A DNA stretch of 64,000 nt from Thermoplasmata archaeon (GCA_003552585.1 PUNK01000010.1:43909-107908), one strand, 5' to 3'; positions 29,180 through 37,793 are shown, numbered from the stretch's first letter. Program-made: numbers and translations. The notes: generated by a model from the sequence alone, not told the origin.

Positions 29180-29509
29180 ATGTATGAAAATTTTGAAGAA
29201 AGATTCGGAAGTCGTGAAGACATCTTAGACCGGGTTCAGGATGTCATATTCCCAGGAGAGATAGATATAGAGGGGACGGGATACGAAAGAGGACTTTTAG
29301 ATAGACGGATAGAAAAATATCTTGACAAACATTTCGACGAATACATTAACGAATATGGCTTGATCAGAGAACTAGATATTGTAATATATGAAGAAAATTT
29401 CGATAAATTGGTTGATACTGTTAAAGAGATAAAAGAATTCCAGGCTGACGCCAGTGCGAAATTGGCTGCATTAAAGAGAAGGCTAGACCGTCTTGAATCA
29501 GAGATATAG
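29180..29509 (+). CDS. Uncharacterised soluble coiled-coil protein (paralogue C)
   Basis: IEKYLDKHFDEYINEYGLI motif; ends RLDRLE; SD GGTGGT. Confidence 0.82.
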   Translation: MYENFEERFGSREDILDRVQDVIFPGEIDIEGTGYERGLLDRRIEKYLDKHFDEYINEYGLIRELDIVIYEENFDKLVDTVKEIKEFQADASAKLAALKRRLDRLESEI

Positions 29510-29522
29510 AAGGGGTGCAAAG

Positions 29523-29858
29523 TTGGCAGTTAGAAAAAAATCTTTAAAAAGGATCCTAAACAGTTACCTCCTTGCCCAAGGAGACCAACCCTACAAACGT
29601 TTGAAACTTCTACAAAGATATCTCAAAGCAAAAAAAATAGCTAATGTGAGTATAAAGGATCTCCGTGATCGAATAAAAAAGATGAAAAACTCCCGCCACC
29701 ATAAAGAAAAATTGGATAAGATTGAAGCAAAGCTTTTCACAAAAGAAGGAACACCAAAATTCAATAGATACGGTTCTGCTTTTTGTGAGGGGTGCAGCAT
29801 GTATAAAGATTATGAAAAGGAATGCCCGTATTGTGGCAGTTTAGAATTAACACTATGA
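29523..29858 (+). CDS. Basic protein with C-terminal zinc ribbon
   Basis: TTG start after GGGGTG; K/R-rich helices followed by CEGC-x9-CPYC. Confidence 0.75.
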   Translation: MAVRKKSLKRILNSYLLAQGDQPYKRLKLLQRYLKAKKIANVSIKDLRDRIKKMKNSRHHKEKLDKIEAKLFTKEGTPKFNRYGSAFCEGCSMYKDYEKECPYCGSLELTL

Positions 29859-29868
29859 AGGTGTAAAA

Positions 29869-30351
29869 ATGAAAACGATACTTTACTCGGAATTGATAAG
29901 ACGCACCGTTAACATACCCCATGAAAGGACTAAAGGAAAACTTGTAGAGATTGTTGCTAGAAGGGGAAAAAAGTACTGGCCCATAGAAGAGATAATGATA
30001 GAATCCGGACTTATAGATAAAAAGGCAGATTTCTATATGATGACCGATCTGGAGGAATTAAAGGAGGAAGGGACCTTGGCCCTAAATACCCATGTATCAG
30101 GAAGGGAAAGACCTGCAAAAAAAGAAAATATTTTTCTATCAAAATTGATCAAGAGCAAGGTGGTCGATAATGAGGAAGAAGAATACGGAAGAGTTTATGA
30201 CTTTGAGATCATACAAGTCAACGAAGATCAGTGGATAGTATGGAAAATATTAGCGGATCCCGCAGGTCTCTCACCCCGAAAAAAGCGATTGAGAATCCCG
30301 ACCGTAGAAGTCCAAAAATTATCTTCAGATAAAGTGTTCGTGAATATGTAA
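29869..30351 (+). CDS. Tandem PRC-barrel domain protein
   Basis: Two PRC-like repeats: LYSELIRRTV...GKLVEIV and FLSKLIKSKVVDNE...GRVYDFEI...IP..EV. Confidence 0.7.
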   Translation: MKTILYSELIRRTVNIPHERTKGKLVEIVARRGKKYWPIEEIMIESGLIDKKADFYMMTDLEELKEEGTLALNTHVSGRERPAKKENIFLSKLIKSKVVDNEEEEYGRVYDFEIIQVNEDQWIVWKILADPAGLSPRKKRLRIPTVEVQKLSSDKVFVNM

Positions 30352-30366
30352 TAGAGAGGAATCGAT

Positions 30367-30591
30367 ATGGAATATGTTTTTATATTTATAGTCGTCCTGG
30401 TAATCCTTATAGTACTAACAGTACTTTTAATTTATCAAGTTTTTAAAACATGGAGAATAGGAAAGCAAGAAGTTGTGAAAGATGACGAAGTAAGCATGAA
30501 AATTGCAGATATCAAAAAGAGAATAAATTTGGTAAGACGAACAAAGCCCCGCCACGTAATGGTTTCAACCAACGATGAGAGGAGAATATGA
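30367..30591 (+). CDS. Small single-pass membrane protein
   Basis: 74 aa; N-terminal TM helix and basic tail; ATGA overlap with the next gene. Confidence 0.7.
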   Translation: MEYVFIFIVVLVILIVLTVLLIYQVFKTWRIGKQEVVKDDEVSMKIADIKKRINLVRRTKPRHVMVSTNDERRI

Positions 30592-30911
30592 GAAACAAGG
30601 AACATCTTGAATTAAAAGTTGAAAAAAGTTCGATTGGTATCGGGGGAAGAGCTAGAGTCCGCACCTCAGTTTTTGATGAACTTGGACTGTCTGATGGAGA
30701 TCCCTTGACTGTTGCATTTGAGGATAAAGGAATAGTCGTTGAAGGATATTCTGATGACCTAATCAAAGAAGGATACATTCGCCTCAGGAGAAAAGATATC
30801 GAGAGGTTGGACATCTACGAAGACGATATAGTAAAGATATTGCCTTACACGAAGACAGGAAAGAAAGTAAGCAAGATCATCAAAAGAAAGATGAAAAAAC
30901 TAAAAAGATGA
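30588..30911 (+). CDS. Stand-alone double-psi beta-barrel protein (Cdc48/VAT N-domain-like)
   Basis: Duplicated DPBB motif ARVRTSVFDELGLSDGDPLTV / IRLRRKDIERLDIYEDDIVKI; basic C-terminal tail; no ATPase domain. Confidence 0.72.
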   Translation: MRNKEHLELKVEKSSIGIGGRARVRTSVFDELGLSDGDPLTVAFEDKGIVVEGYSDDLIKEGYIRLRRKDIERLDIYEDDIVKILPYTKTGKKVSKIIKRKMKKLKR

Positions 30912-30995
30912 GCTATGTCCGACGAGGATATCAAAAAGTTTAAGTTTTACCAATACAATAAATATATGTCAGACAAGTACCGCGGAGAGAAATAG

Positions 30996-31286
30996 ATGTG
31001 CAGATACAGGTATAAAGAAAAAAAATGTGCCCATCCAAAGAACATGACTATCGAGTGTGTCGGAGAAGAGAGGTGTCGTTTTAGAACTGAGTTGAAAGGG
31101 AAGATGGAAATCGATGATATCTCCTTGACGAATATTGATAATGAAGAAGAGGAGGGGAAGTGTCCAAACACCACCTGCGGCATCTACTGTAAAAAGTACA
31201 ATAGATTCTACTGTGCCGGCGATGATAATTGTCAGACTGAAGAAGATTTTCTACATCATCTTAATATGTACGGAGGGGTTGAATAA
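30996..31286 (+). CDS. Small cysteine-rich putative metal-binding protein
   Basis: 96 aa with 9 Cys in two similar halves (CVGEERC / CAGDDNC); SD GGAG. Confidence 0.65.
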   Translation: MCRYRYKEKKCAHPKNMTIECVGEERCRFRTELKGKMEIDDISLTNIDNEEEEGKCPNTTCGIYCKKYNRFYCAGDDNCQTEEDFLHHLNMYGGVE

Positions 31287-31287
31287 C

Positions 31288-32052
31288 TCAACTCTTTTCA
31301 AGATCCTCGCCTCCAAAAAAAATGGTCTGGACATCTGAATAGATATCTTCCATACCAAACCATTCTGCTGAAGAAACGGGTATCAGTCTTTCGCTGAACG
31401 CAATCTGTTGTAGGCCACGGACCATTTCAATGCTTAAGGTATTTCTAAGAGATCCGGTATCCAATAACTCGGTTTCAAGGAGTTCGAAGTCCTGAGACCA
31501 CTCGCAAATCGTATCTATCTCTTCGTCAGACAAAAGGTCTGACTTCCCTAATAAGGGAATATGGGGGACGTGAAATCTAAAGTATATAGTTGCCGAAAGA
31601 AGCATCAAAGAAACAAAACCAGAGGGTTGTTTAGACAGGATAGGATCAAAGATAAAAGAGAAGGCTGAAATTTCTCTTCCTAGGGCACGAACTAATTCTC
31701 TACTTGACTGTCTAAAGCTGAAAAGTTCCATCTGACCAGGAGTGTCGATCAAAAAATAATCGCAATCATAAGTGTCCATCACGTCACGGACTTCTGAAGC
31801 GTTCATCGCGACCATGTCTGCACAAGCTATCTGAGCACCATTAGGGCCCAATCCCATCTCTTTCATTACTTCTCTTAGTGAAACCCAGTCCATGATGTCT
31901 ATATCTGGCTCGTAAGGCAGATTCTCAGCACCTGGGTCCAAGTTGATAGTAACAGGCCGATAACCCTGCACCTCCATCCACTCTTTAAACTCCTTTGTAA
32001 GGGTTGTTTTACCAGAACCCGCTGTTCCAACGAGGAAAAGATTTACTGACAT
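31288..32052 (-). CDS. GPN-loop GTPase
   Basis: GTAGSGKT, NLDPG, LGPNG, DTPGQME. ATG 32052 preferred to TTG 32073. Confidence 0.93.
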   Translation of the reverse strand: MSVNLFLVGTAGSGKTTLTKEFKEWMEVQGYRPVTINLDPGAENLPYEPDIDIMDWVSLREVMKEMGLGPNGAQIACADMVAMNASEVRDVMDTYDCDYFLIDTPGQMELFSFRQSSRELVRALGREISAFSFIFDPILSKQPSGFVSLMLLSATIYFRFHVPHIPLLGKSDLLSDEEIDTICEWSQDFELLETELLDTGSLRNTLSIEMVRGLQQIAFSERLIPVSSAEWFGMEDIYSDVQTIFFGGEDLEKS

Positions 32053-32090
32053 GGTTCCAGCTATCCGTTCCAAATTGATAAAATTTGTGC

Positions 32091-32633
32091 CTATCCTGGG
32101 AGCGTTGCCATCAGAACTGTGATCTCCTCGTCACAGTCCTCATCCTTAAGTTCTTCAAGTTTTTTTCTAGTTTGACTGAATATCTCTTCCAATCGGTCCA
32201 TGGCCTCATCCGTCATCGGTACTTTCTCATAACTTACCCATCCGACTTCTCGATCTATAGTCTTTTTTTTCTGAATATACCTGATTCCCCTGTTAACCAT
32301 ACCTTTTATCGTTCCCAAGGACGCTAGTTTGTAATTCTTTTTCTCCTCTAATGTAAGATCCTCCCAAACAGATGACGAATCAAGCCATTTTTCATCAACA
32401 GCATAGTATCGCTTGACAAGGTTTCTACACATCTCCTCTCTGCAAACGTGTATTAGACCCGCATCTAACAATTTGTGCACATGATGTGATACGGTTTGAG
32501 GGGTCAATCCCATCTCTTCAGCCAGATCTGTAATTGTCCTTTCTCCCTCCAACAGTAGGGCCATCACCTGCAAACGTGAAGGGTTTGAAAGTATTTTTAT
32601 CTGATTCACGGTCGGTTTTAATTCATCAGGCAT
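32091..32633 (-). CDS. ArsR-family winged-helix transcription regulator
   Basis: LSNPSRLQVMALL...TITDLAEEMGLTPQTVSHHVHKLLDAGLI...KRYY; SD AAGGTG. Confidence 0.88.
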   Translation of the reverse strand: MPDELKPTVNQIKILSNPSRLQVMALLLEGERTITDLAEEMGLTPQTVSHHVHKLLDAGLIHVCREEMCRNLVKRYYAVDEKWLDSSSVWEDLTLEEKKNYKLASLGTIKGMVNRGIRYIQKKKTIDREVGWVSYEKVPMTDEAMDRLEEIFSQTRKKLEELKDEDCDEEITVLMATLPG

Positions 32634-32642
32634 GTGTTCACC

Positions 32643-32741
32643 TTAAGATATCATCTTAACGTACAAGGCACATCGAAATATTTAAATATTACCCATGCAT
32701 AGTATACACTAAGATGGCATCGTAACGTGACGTCATCTAAA
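32643..32741. promoter_or_regulatory. Bidirectional promoter with repeated operator boxes
   Basis: Palindromic TATA AATATTTAAATATT (32677-32690). It is flanked by TAAGATATCATCTTAAC (32644-32660) and TAAGATGGCATCGTAAC (32710-32726), 14/17 identical, plus a degenerate third copy GTGACGTCATCTAAA (32727-32741). Confidence 0.65.
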
Positions 32742-32762
32742 TACCGTAACGGAGGCATAAGT

Positions 32763-32840
32763 ATGAAAAGAAGAGATCAGAACCCTAAGAACAACCGCTG
32801 GATTATGGATGTAATGCAAAATCAGGGCACCATCCAATAA
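32763..32840 (+). CDS. 25-aa micropeptide 1 (MKRRDQNPKNNRWIMDVMQNQGTIQ)
   Basis: SD GGAGG at 32751-32755; downstream of TATA; similar to micropeptide 2. Confidence 0.6.
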   Translation: MKRRDQNPKNNRWIMDVMQNQGTIQ

Positions 32841-32874
32841 AAAGAACCCCTAAATCAGATAGGAGGTGAAAAAA

Positions 32875-32952
32875 ATGAAACCGAGGTATAGAAATCCCAA
32901 AAGCGATCCGCTGGTACAGAAGCTGATCAACTTCGAAAACGCCACCAAGTGA
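32875..32952 (+). CDS. 25-aa micropeptide 2 (MKPRYRNPKSDPLVQKLINFENATK)
   Basis: Full SD AGGAGGTGA at 32861-32869; same length and MKxRxxNPK start as micropeptide 1. Confidence 0.65.
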   Translation: MKPRYRNPKSDPLVQKLINFENATK

Positions 32953-33177
32953 TGATATCTGGCGGCATTGATATCTGTACCAACGAAACACCTTTCTAAT
33001 ATTTAATTTTGACATCCTCAGAACTCATAGAGCAAATCATCAGCTTTTAGCTTCATAGTAAATTTTTCATCATCGGATGGTAAAGTGATATGAAAAGACA
33101 ACAATAAATCAATTTTGGAAGGACTCCGAAACCCAAAAATATAATTCCTGCATATCTTATGTCGTAAAGTGATTAAG

Positions 33178-35460
33178 ATGCATCTACCCGCAGGTAAAAC
33201 AATAAGAACAGAATTCGGAGGAAAAGGTATTTTAGAAGAGATGGTTAATGAATTCTCTAGTTCAAAAATTAAAGGATATATAAAGTCTAGTCTTACAAAA
33301 AAGGATGGAAGGTCTGAGGGATATCTGTTTTTGGATAAAGATGATATTGTAGCATCTATACATCATGAAGATAGGACAGTTATGGGTAAAAAAGCGGTTA
33401 GAGAAATAGCAAGAGACAGCTTGGACGAAGACTGTCTTTTAGAACTTCACTCCTATTCGTACAAATCCTCTTCTATATCACTACAACATGTTTTAAAAGG
33501 TAAGGACGACTGGATAGTAGAAAAAGATATTAACATATCCCTAGAGATTGAAAGAGTCCAAAGGATGGGAAAGAAAAGGAGTATAAAGGCTGAAAAAAAT
33601 GTTAAAAAAATTAAACGCCGTGAACCAGAAATAGAGGGTATAGAACTTGACGATCTTGAAGAGGTTCCGAAGGATATACTATCTTTCCAAGATGAGGGAG
33701 ATATTATAGAAAGAGCTGAAAAAAGATTCAAAAAGATGAGGGAAGGAAAACAAAAAGAAGAGATGGAAGAACTAAGAGAAGAGCTAGAAAAAAAGAAAGA
33801 GGAAATAAAGAAAAGGGAAAAGGAGCTCAAAGAGTGGGAAGAAAAACTTTCTGATAAGGAACAGGAAGTCAAAGAGAGAGCTGACAAAGTTAGAGAGGAG
33901 ATGCAGGATTTACGAAGGATGTGGTCCGAGCTTCGGGCAGAGAGTCTGGAAGTAAATAAAGCTAGAGAAGAGCTTGAGGAAAAGCTCGGAGAACAGATGA
34001 AGAGGGAAGATGAACTATTGGAGAAGGAAAGAGAATTAAGGCGTTTCCAGGAAGAGATGGAGGAATGGGAAAACGATATAAAAGAAAGGTCCTCGAAGCT
34101 TGGATCGATGGAAGAGGAGCTCAGCAGCTGGGAGAGGGATCTAGAGAGGAAGGAAAAAAGGCTTGATGGGATGGAATTGGAAGTAGAGGACAAGGAAGAA
34201 GAGCTTTTTGATAAAGAGATGGAACTAGAGGAGAAGAAAAAAAGACTTGAAGTAAGAAAGAAGGAACTCAAAGAGAAAGAAAAAAATCAAGAAAAAGTCA
34301 AGAAAGATGTTGAAGATAGGGAAAGGGAACTCAAGCTTGAAAAGGAAGAACTGGCGGTGGAAAAAGAGTCCTTGGAGCAGAAGGAAAGAAAGCTTCAGAG
34401 GGAAAAAGAAAGGATAGAAGAATTGAAGGACGGTCTCAAGTCAGATAGAGAATCCGTGAGGAATATGAAGAAAAATCTGTTGGAAAATGAGAGGGAATTG
34501 GAAAATAAAATAGATAAGTTAGAAGAGAGGGAAGAAGATCTAAGCCATATGGAAGATGAACTGGAAGAAAGAAAATCTACACTCGACGACAAGAGGATAG
34601 AGTTGAACGAGAAGGAAATAGAGCTGACAAAAAAAGACAACGAACTCGACGAAAAGGCTGACAGAATAATGACTGCACAGGAGGATCTAGAGGACCGTGA
34701 AAGAGAATTAGAAGACAAAATAGAGGAACTCGACCGTAAAGAGGAACAGCTTAGTAAACGCAGGGAAGCTTTGAAAGATGAAAGGAAGAAAATGGAAAAG
34801 GAGATCGAGGAGAAAGAAAAAGAGCTTGAAAAGAAGATAGAAGAGAACAAGGATTTGAAAAAGAGTTTGTCTGGAAAGAAAGGGGCTCTCCAGCGAAAGG
34901 AAAACATACTAGAAGACAGGGAAAAAGAACTTGAAGAAAGAGAAGAGGATCTGAATGATCACAAAGAAGAACTGGATGATAGAGAGGCAAAGATCAAAGA
35001 AAAGGAACTTGAATTAAAGAAGGAGGGAGAATCCATCCAACAAGATAGGGAGAAGATGGAGGAGGAATTAGAAGATAGGGAAAGGTCGATCAATGATAAG
35101 GAACAGGAATTAGAAGAATTAGAAGGGGTGCTTGAGGAACGCATGTCCAAGTTCAAACAAAAGCTCTCTGACGTGGTAGAAGAAAGGGCTGAACTTGAAG
35201 AAAGAGAAGATGTGCTTGAGGAAAGAGAAAAAGAGTTGAGTGAGAACGAAGAGAGGGTTGAAAAAATATTGGACGAGCTTAACCAAAGAGAACAGGAGTT
35301 GGATTCTAAAGAGGAAGATATCTCTGAAAAAGAGGAAAAATTGGAGAAGTGGGAGGAGAAGCTTGAGGAAAGAGAGAAACAGCTTGAGGAAAAGGACAGT
35401 TTGATCTCTGAGAAGAAAAGTTCACTAGAAGAGTTGAGAAAAGGTTTAGATGAGATATGA
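33178..35460 (+). CDS. DUF2226-like N-terminal domain fused to a very long E/K/R coiled coil
   Basis: N-terminus MHLPAG...GYIK...EGYLFL..DDIVAS...LELHSY resembles archaeal DUF2226. About 570 aa of continuous LEERE-type heptads follow. Confidence 0.75.
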   Translation: MHLPAGKTIRTEFGGKGILEEMVNEFSSSKIKGYIKSSLTKKDGRSEGYLFLDKDDIVASIHHEDRTVMGKKAVREIARDSLDEDCLLELHSYSYKSSSISLQHVLKGKDDWIVEKDINISLEIERVQRMGKKRSIKAEKNVKKIKRREPEIEGIELDDLEEVPKDILSFQDEGDIIERAEKRFKKMREGKQKEEMEELREELEKKKEEIKKREKELKEWEEKLSDKEQEVKERADKVREEMQDLRRMWSELRAESLEVNKAREELEEKLGEQMKREDELLEKERELRRFQEEMEEWENDIKERSSKLGSMEEELSSWERDLERKEKRLDGMELEVEDKEEELFDKEMELEEKKKRLEVRKKELKEKEKNQEKVKKDVEDRERELKLEKEELAVEKESLEQKERKLQREKERIEELKDGLKSDRESVRNMKKNLLENERELENKIDKLEEREEDLSHMEDELEERKSTLDDKRIELNEKEIELTKKDNELDEKADRIMTAQEDLEDRERELEDKIEELDRKEEQLSKRREALKDERKKMEKEIEEKEKELEKKIEENKDLKKSLSGKKGALQRKENILEDREKELEEREEDLNDHKEELDDREAKIKEKELELKKEGESIQQDREKMEEELEDRERSINDKEQELEELEGVLEERMSKFKQKLSDVVEERAELEEREDVLEEREKELSENEERVEKILDELNQREQELDSKEEDISEKEEKLEKWEEKLEEREKQLEEKDSLISEKKSSLEELRKGLDEI

Positions 35461-35471
35461 TGGGGTTATAA

Positions 35472-36383
35472 TCAGCCCAACATATCTGCTAGTATTGCTT
35501 TTTGAGCATGTAGTCTGTTTTCCGCCTGATCGAAAACGACCGAGTGCTCACCATCGAGGACTTCGTCTGTGATCTCCACTCCTCTGTGTGCTGGAAGACA
35601 GTGCATCACTATTACATCGTCTTTTGCTTTGGAAACTAAAGTGGAATTCACCTGAAACTCCTCAAAGGCCTTTAACTTCTGCTCTTCTTCCTCGTCTCCC
35701 ATGGATATCCAAACATCGGTGTAAATAATATCTGCATCCTCAACAGATCCGAGTGGATCATTGCTGAGCGATATGCTGCACTCGTTCTCTTCGGCCAGCA
35801 CTTTAGCTTTTTCCACTATCTCTTCGTCAGGCTCGTAACCTCTAGGTGTACAAGCTATCATGTCCATGCCAACGGCGGCACTACCAAGTAGCAATGAATG
35901 GCATACGTTGTTACCATCACCAACATAAACGAAAAGTTTGTTGAAATCTCCTTTTTTCTCCCTTATGGTGAGAAAATCTGCCATTACCTGACAGGGATGC
36001 TCCACATCATCTAGTCCGTTTATCACAGGGACTGTTGAATTCTCAGCGAGCTCAAGCATAACAGAATGCTCGAATGCCCTGTACATTATCCCATCCACAT
36101 ATCTGCTCAGCACTTTGGCAGTGTCTGCTATAGTTTCTCCTCTTCCAATCTGGAGGTCTTTCGGGCTTAGATAAAGAGAATGGCCTCCGAGCTGTGTCAT
36201 ACCTACCTCGAATGAGATCCTAGTGCGAGTGCTAGGCTTTTCGAAAATCATAGCTAGACTTTTATCATTTAGTGGCGTATAGGGTTCCCCATTTTTGTAT
36301 TTCTTTTTTATCTCTCCAGCTATCCTGAGCAGTTCTTTGATCCTTCCCTGCAAATCCAATATAGAAATTAGATCCTTTTTCAT
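35472..36383 (-). CDS. argF: Ornithine carbamoyltransferase
   Basis: [36 protein letters not shown]. Confidence 0.96.
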   Translation of the reverse strand: MKKDLISILDLQGRIKELLRIAGEIKKKYKNGEPYTPLNDKSLAMIFEKPSTRTRISFEVGMTQLGGHSLYLSPKDLQIGRGETIADTAKVLSRYVDGIMYRAFEHSVMLELAENSTVPVINGLDDVEHPCQVMADFLTIREKKGDFNKLFVYVGDGNNVCHSLLLGSAAVGMDMIACTPRGYEPDEEIVEKAKVLAEENECSISLSNDPLGSVEDADIIYTDVWISMGDEEEEQKLKAFEEFQVNSTLVSKAKDDVIVMHCLPAHRGVEITDEVLDGEHSVVFDQAENRLHAQKAILADMLG

Positions 36384-36394
36384 GATATCTTACC

Positions 36395-37300
36395 TCACAC
36401 GTATTTTCCATCCGTCAGTCTCTTCATCATATTAACGTAAAGTTCACTGGTCTTTTCAACCATATCCTCTGGAAGAGGAGGTATTCCTGGTTCATCTTCT
36501 CCTTTTTCCCTTGCCTCCATCAGTTCCTTATGATAACCTATATCACGGTAGTACTTACGAACGAATTCTTTGCTTTTCTCCACGCATCGTCCATCTTCAT
36601 AGTCTTCCATTTCCCAGAAGCGGTCCTCATCTGCAGTCCCGAAGGTATCAACGAGCATTATGTCCCGGTTTTCATCCATAGCGAACTCCTTTTTCCCGTC
36701 TACATGGATTAAACCATTTTTCTCAACATTTCTCTCCATAAGCTTGTCTATCTTCATGACCGCATCCCTTATCTCAAGCAGTTCATCCTCAGACAGGGAC
36801 GATATATCTAACGCCTCTTCTTGAGTCAACGGCCGGTCATAAGCTTCTAACTTTGTTGTCATCTCAAAGAAAGGTTCGGGCAGTTCGTCTCCATAGGAAG
36901 GCATCTCAGAAAAACCTAGTTCTTTATGATCTATCTTGCCACTTTTTATCCTATCTAGAAGGGAACCTGCTACATAGTACCTACTAATAAATTCGAGTGG
37001 TATGAGAAAATTTGTGCTATCTGATGTTATCTTATTGTAGTCATGAATGACTTCCACTCGTTTAACTCTCATGTTCTGGTCATCGATCCTTTCAAAAAAA
37101 TGTGTTTTGATCTTGAGGTCGTCCTCTATCCTTTCAAACCAGTAAGTGGAAGTTTTGCACAAGCTCTCCCCCTTTCTTGGGATATCATTTGATATGACTT
37201 TGTCGAACACTGAAATATTATCTGTGAAGAAGAACTCAAGAGCGTTTTCACCTATCTCATAAACTTCCTTTACCTTGCCTTTGCGTATCAATTTCTTCAT
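36395..37300 (-). CDS. purC: SAICAR synthetase
   Basis: KGKVKEVY, ISVFD, IPLEFI.R..VAGS, VDGKKEF, DEDRFW, SKEFVR. Confidence 0.94.
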   Translation of the reverse strand: MKKLIRKGKVKEVYEIGENALEFFFTDNISVFDKVISNDIPRKGESLCKTSTYWFERIEDDLKIKTHFFERIDDQNMRVKRVEVIHDYNKITSDSTNFLIPLEFISRYYVAGSLLDRIKSGKIDHKELGFSEMPSYGDELPEPFFEMTTKLEAYDRPLTQEEALDISSLSEDELLEIRDAVMKIDKLMERNVEKNGLIHVDGKKEFAMDENRDIMLVDTFGTADEDRFWEMEDYEDGRCVEKSKEFVRKYYRDIGYHKELMEAREKGEDEPGIPPLPEDMVEKTSELYVNMMKRLTDGKYV

Positions 37301-37363
37301 TTGGAAACACCCATGGATTTCAGAGGAAACTTCGATTATTATTTAAGATTTGTGTAATGCTTG

Positions 37364-37789
37364 TTAACTCTGCCGCAGTTTAAGGTATTTCTCAACCTTT
37401 TGAAGTACTTGCCGAGCATTCCTGAAAGTCAACCTGTCAAGAGCATCTTCATAAGACAGCCATTCGTATCCTTGATGTTCTATTGATATGGATACATCTT
37501 TTTTCTCAGTTTTGCCAAGTAAGTAGATCACTTCCTTGTGGGATAGGTCCTTACCTTTACGGTAAATGTAATCGATACTATCCATAAAATCAGGTAAAAG
37601 TTCTACGTCCTCTTCTGCAACTCTGGTTTCCTCTTCCAATTCCCTGAGAGCTGTATCCTTTAAGCTCTCACCCGATTCTACATGACCTTTTGGATAATCC
37701 CAATGGCCAGCGGGATAATGTAGAAGAAGATAATGGCGTTCGTCTCCTTCCTCGCGAAACAAAACTATTCCTGCGGATCTTTCGTCCAT
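37364..37789 (-). CDS. Nudix hydrolase (asymmetric Ap4A hydrolase-like)
   Basis: ERSAG, HWDYPKGHVESGE...ALRELEEET Nudix box, SIEH..Y.W. Confidence 0.9.
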   Translation of the reverse strand: MDERSAGIVLFREEGDERHYLLLHYPAGHWDYPKGHVESGESLKDTALRELEEETRVAEEDVELLPDFMDSIDYIYRKGKDLSHKEVIYLLGKTEKKDVSISIEHQGYEWLSYEDALDRLTFRNARQVLQKVEKYLKLRQS

Positions 37790-37793
37790 GTGA

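Noticed and set aside
32803-33015. 70-aa minus-strand ORF in the ArsR upstream region
   Set aside because: No SD or recognisable motif, and it is antisense to the two better-supported micropeptide ORFs.
33453-35156. Long Ser/Phe/Leu-rich minus-strand ORFs (272 and 170 aa and others)
   Set aside because: Antisense artefacts of the GAA/GAG/AAA-rich coiled-coil gene.
33700-35460. Repetitive purine-rich DNA that might be a tandem repeat or CRISPR array
   Set aside because: No fixed repeat with unique spacers; the periodicity is explained by heptad coding. No cas genes in the window.
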